DNA of 64,000 bases from Amphiscolops sp. MND2022 (taxonomy: Eukaryota): contig OZ076413.1 of assembly GCA_964187785.1 (NCBI GenBank), positions 50,036,001 through 50,100,000 of the forward strand. The letters are read 5' to 3'. Positions 62,981-64,000 of this stretch are shown here, in pieces. The notes beneath the pieces were generated by a model. The model was not told the DNA's origin, did no database searches, and was given only the letters and a program-made list of their open reading frames with translations. A program made the position numbers and the translations under genes. The stretch's first letter is position 1, and every line of letters begins with the position of its first letter.

Positions 62981-64000
62981 CTACATTACGACGCCAAACA
63001 GGGAACTGTGTGTTTTTCAAGAATTGAGGAAAATTGGCTTTTGCGACTACCAAAATGTGTTTTCTAGAAATGAGGAAAAAGTGAACTTCAAAGTGCCGCC
63101 AATTTGACGGAAGAATTCAGACATTAGTTTTAGTAGTGCAAAGGTGAAATTTTCAAGAAATGAGGAAAAGGTTTTGTGGATTCTTCACAATAATAATAAT
63201 ATATGATTCCCATGTTTAATAATGGGTGTGAAGATTCTTCGATTTTCGTCAATTCTTCAAAGTTTTCTGGATTCTTCACACGCTTTCCTGGATTCTTCAC
63301 AAAGCAATTATTTTCAATTCTTTTTGTGGAATCTCCACAATCATAATAAGATATGGTAGCATGCCTAACAACTGCTATGAAGATTCTTCGTATATTCGTA
63401 AATTCTTCAACGTTTTTTGGATTCTTCAAAACCAAACAGCGGTCCATGACCTCGTTGCCGTCTATCAACGAACAATGTTCAAATTAAAAATTTACTGACA
63501 ATGTAGAATTACTCTCAGTAGTATAGTATTACTTTCAGTACTACAATTCTTTTCGAAACTTCCTTTTGGCCTTCTTTATTTATGACCGAACAACTTGAAT
63601 GAAAGCCTAGGATTTCAGGTCTTTCTAAGTTCGAGAACTGATTTTTGTTCGATTAGGTACGTTTTGATTTGGAAAAAAGAGAATATTGATCGGTATATGT
63701 TTTTGTTTCAGACCCTGTCAACTTGATTATTTTTGGGGTGGCTAATGTGTGATGGCGCGTTAGGTGAATCACCCGAATTGATAGTCTCAGTTAGTGCTAT
63801 TTTGATCAAGACAACCGTTGACTTTCGGAATCCTTTAAATTTCTCATTGTGCATGATTTTTGCTACTTGATTCATTTGTTAAATTTTGTATGTTGTCACC
63901 CATTGTAATTCAGTTTCAACCCTGTTGACTTTTTTACAAGGACGCAAAAGTTGAAAAGAACAGGATATCGTCAGAATGAGACGTAGATTCAAATTAAAAT

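Overview
AT-rich eukaryotic (invertebrate animal-type) genomic DNA with GT-AG introns, dominated by transposons. The dispersed repeat families remind me of the acoel Symsagittifera roscoffensis, but I cannot verify this. From left to right: (1) a decayed minus-strand Ty3/gypsy (Mag-like) LTR element, 53-6671, TSD TTGAG. It has an internal ~2.1 kb tandem duplication, and one copy carries a ~290 bp Helentron-type non-autonomous element containing a tRNA-like Pol III promoter. (2) A decayed hAT DNA transposon with TIRs and an 8-bp TSD, 8058-9977. (3) A second, younger but defective Ty3/gypsy element, 9996-15819, TSD CAACC. (4) Three host genes: a neprilysin/M13-family protein lacking the HExxH zinc motif, a 3-exon trypsin-like protease and an intronless three-domain gelsolin/severin-like gene. 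(5) A long-TIR MITE, a 1.5 kb tandem duplication and an internally deleted piggyBac. (6) A Mutator-like (MULE) transposase locus whose 5' part (an unknown ORF plus a FLYWCH finger) is amplified into 8 tandem copies of ~1.13-1.15 kb (38920-48033) and whose 3' part is duplicated once more (1.42 kb x2). (7) A decayed non-LTR RT fragment, a ~180-bp degenerate satellite apparently inside a Helentron-type element, several more Helentron-type elements of two families, and two candidate minus-strand exons of an unidentified gene. No rRNA, bona fide tRNA or CRISPR was seen. All alignments were by eye; no database searches were run.
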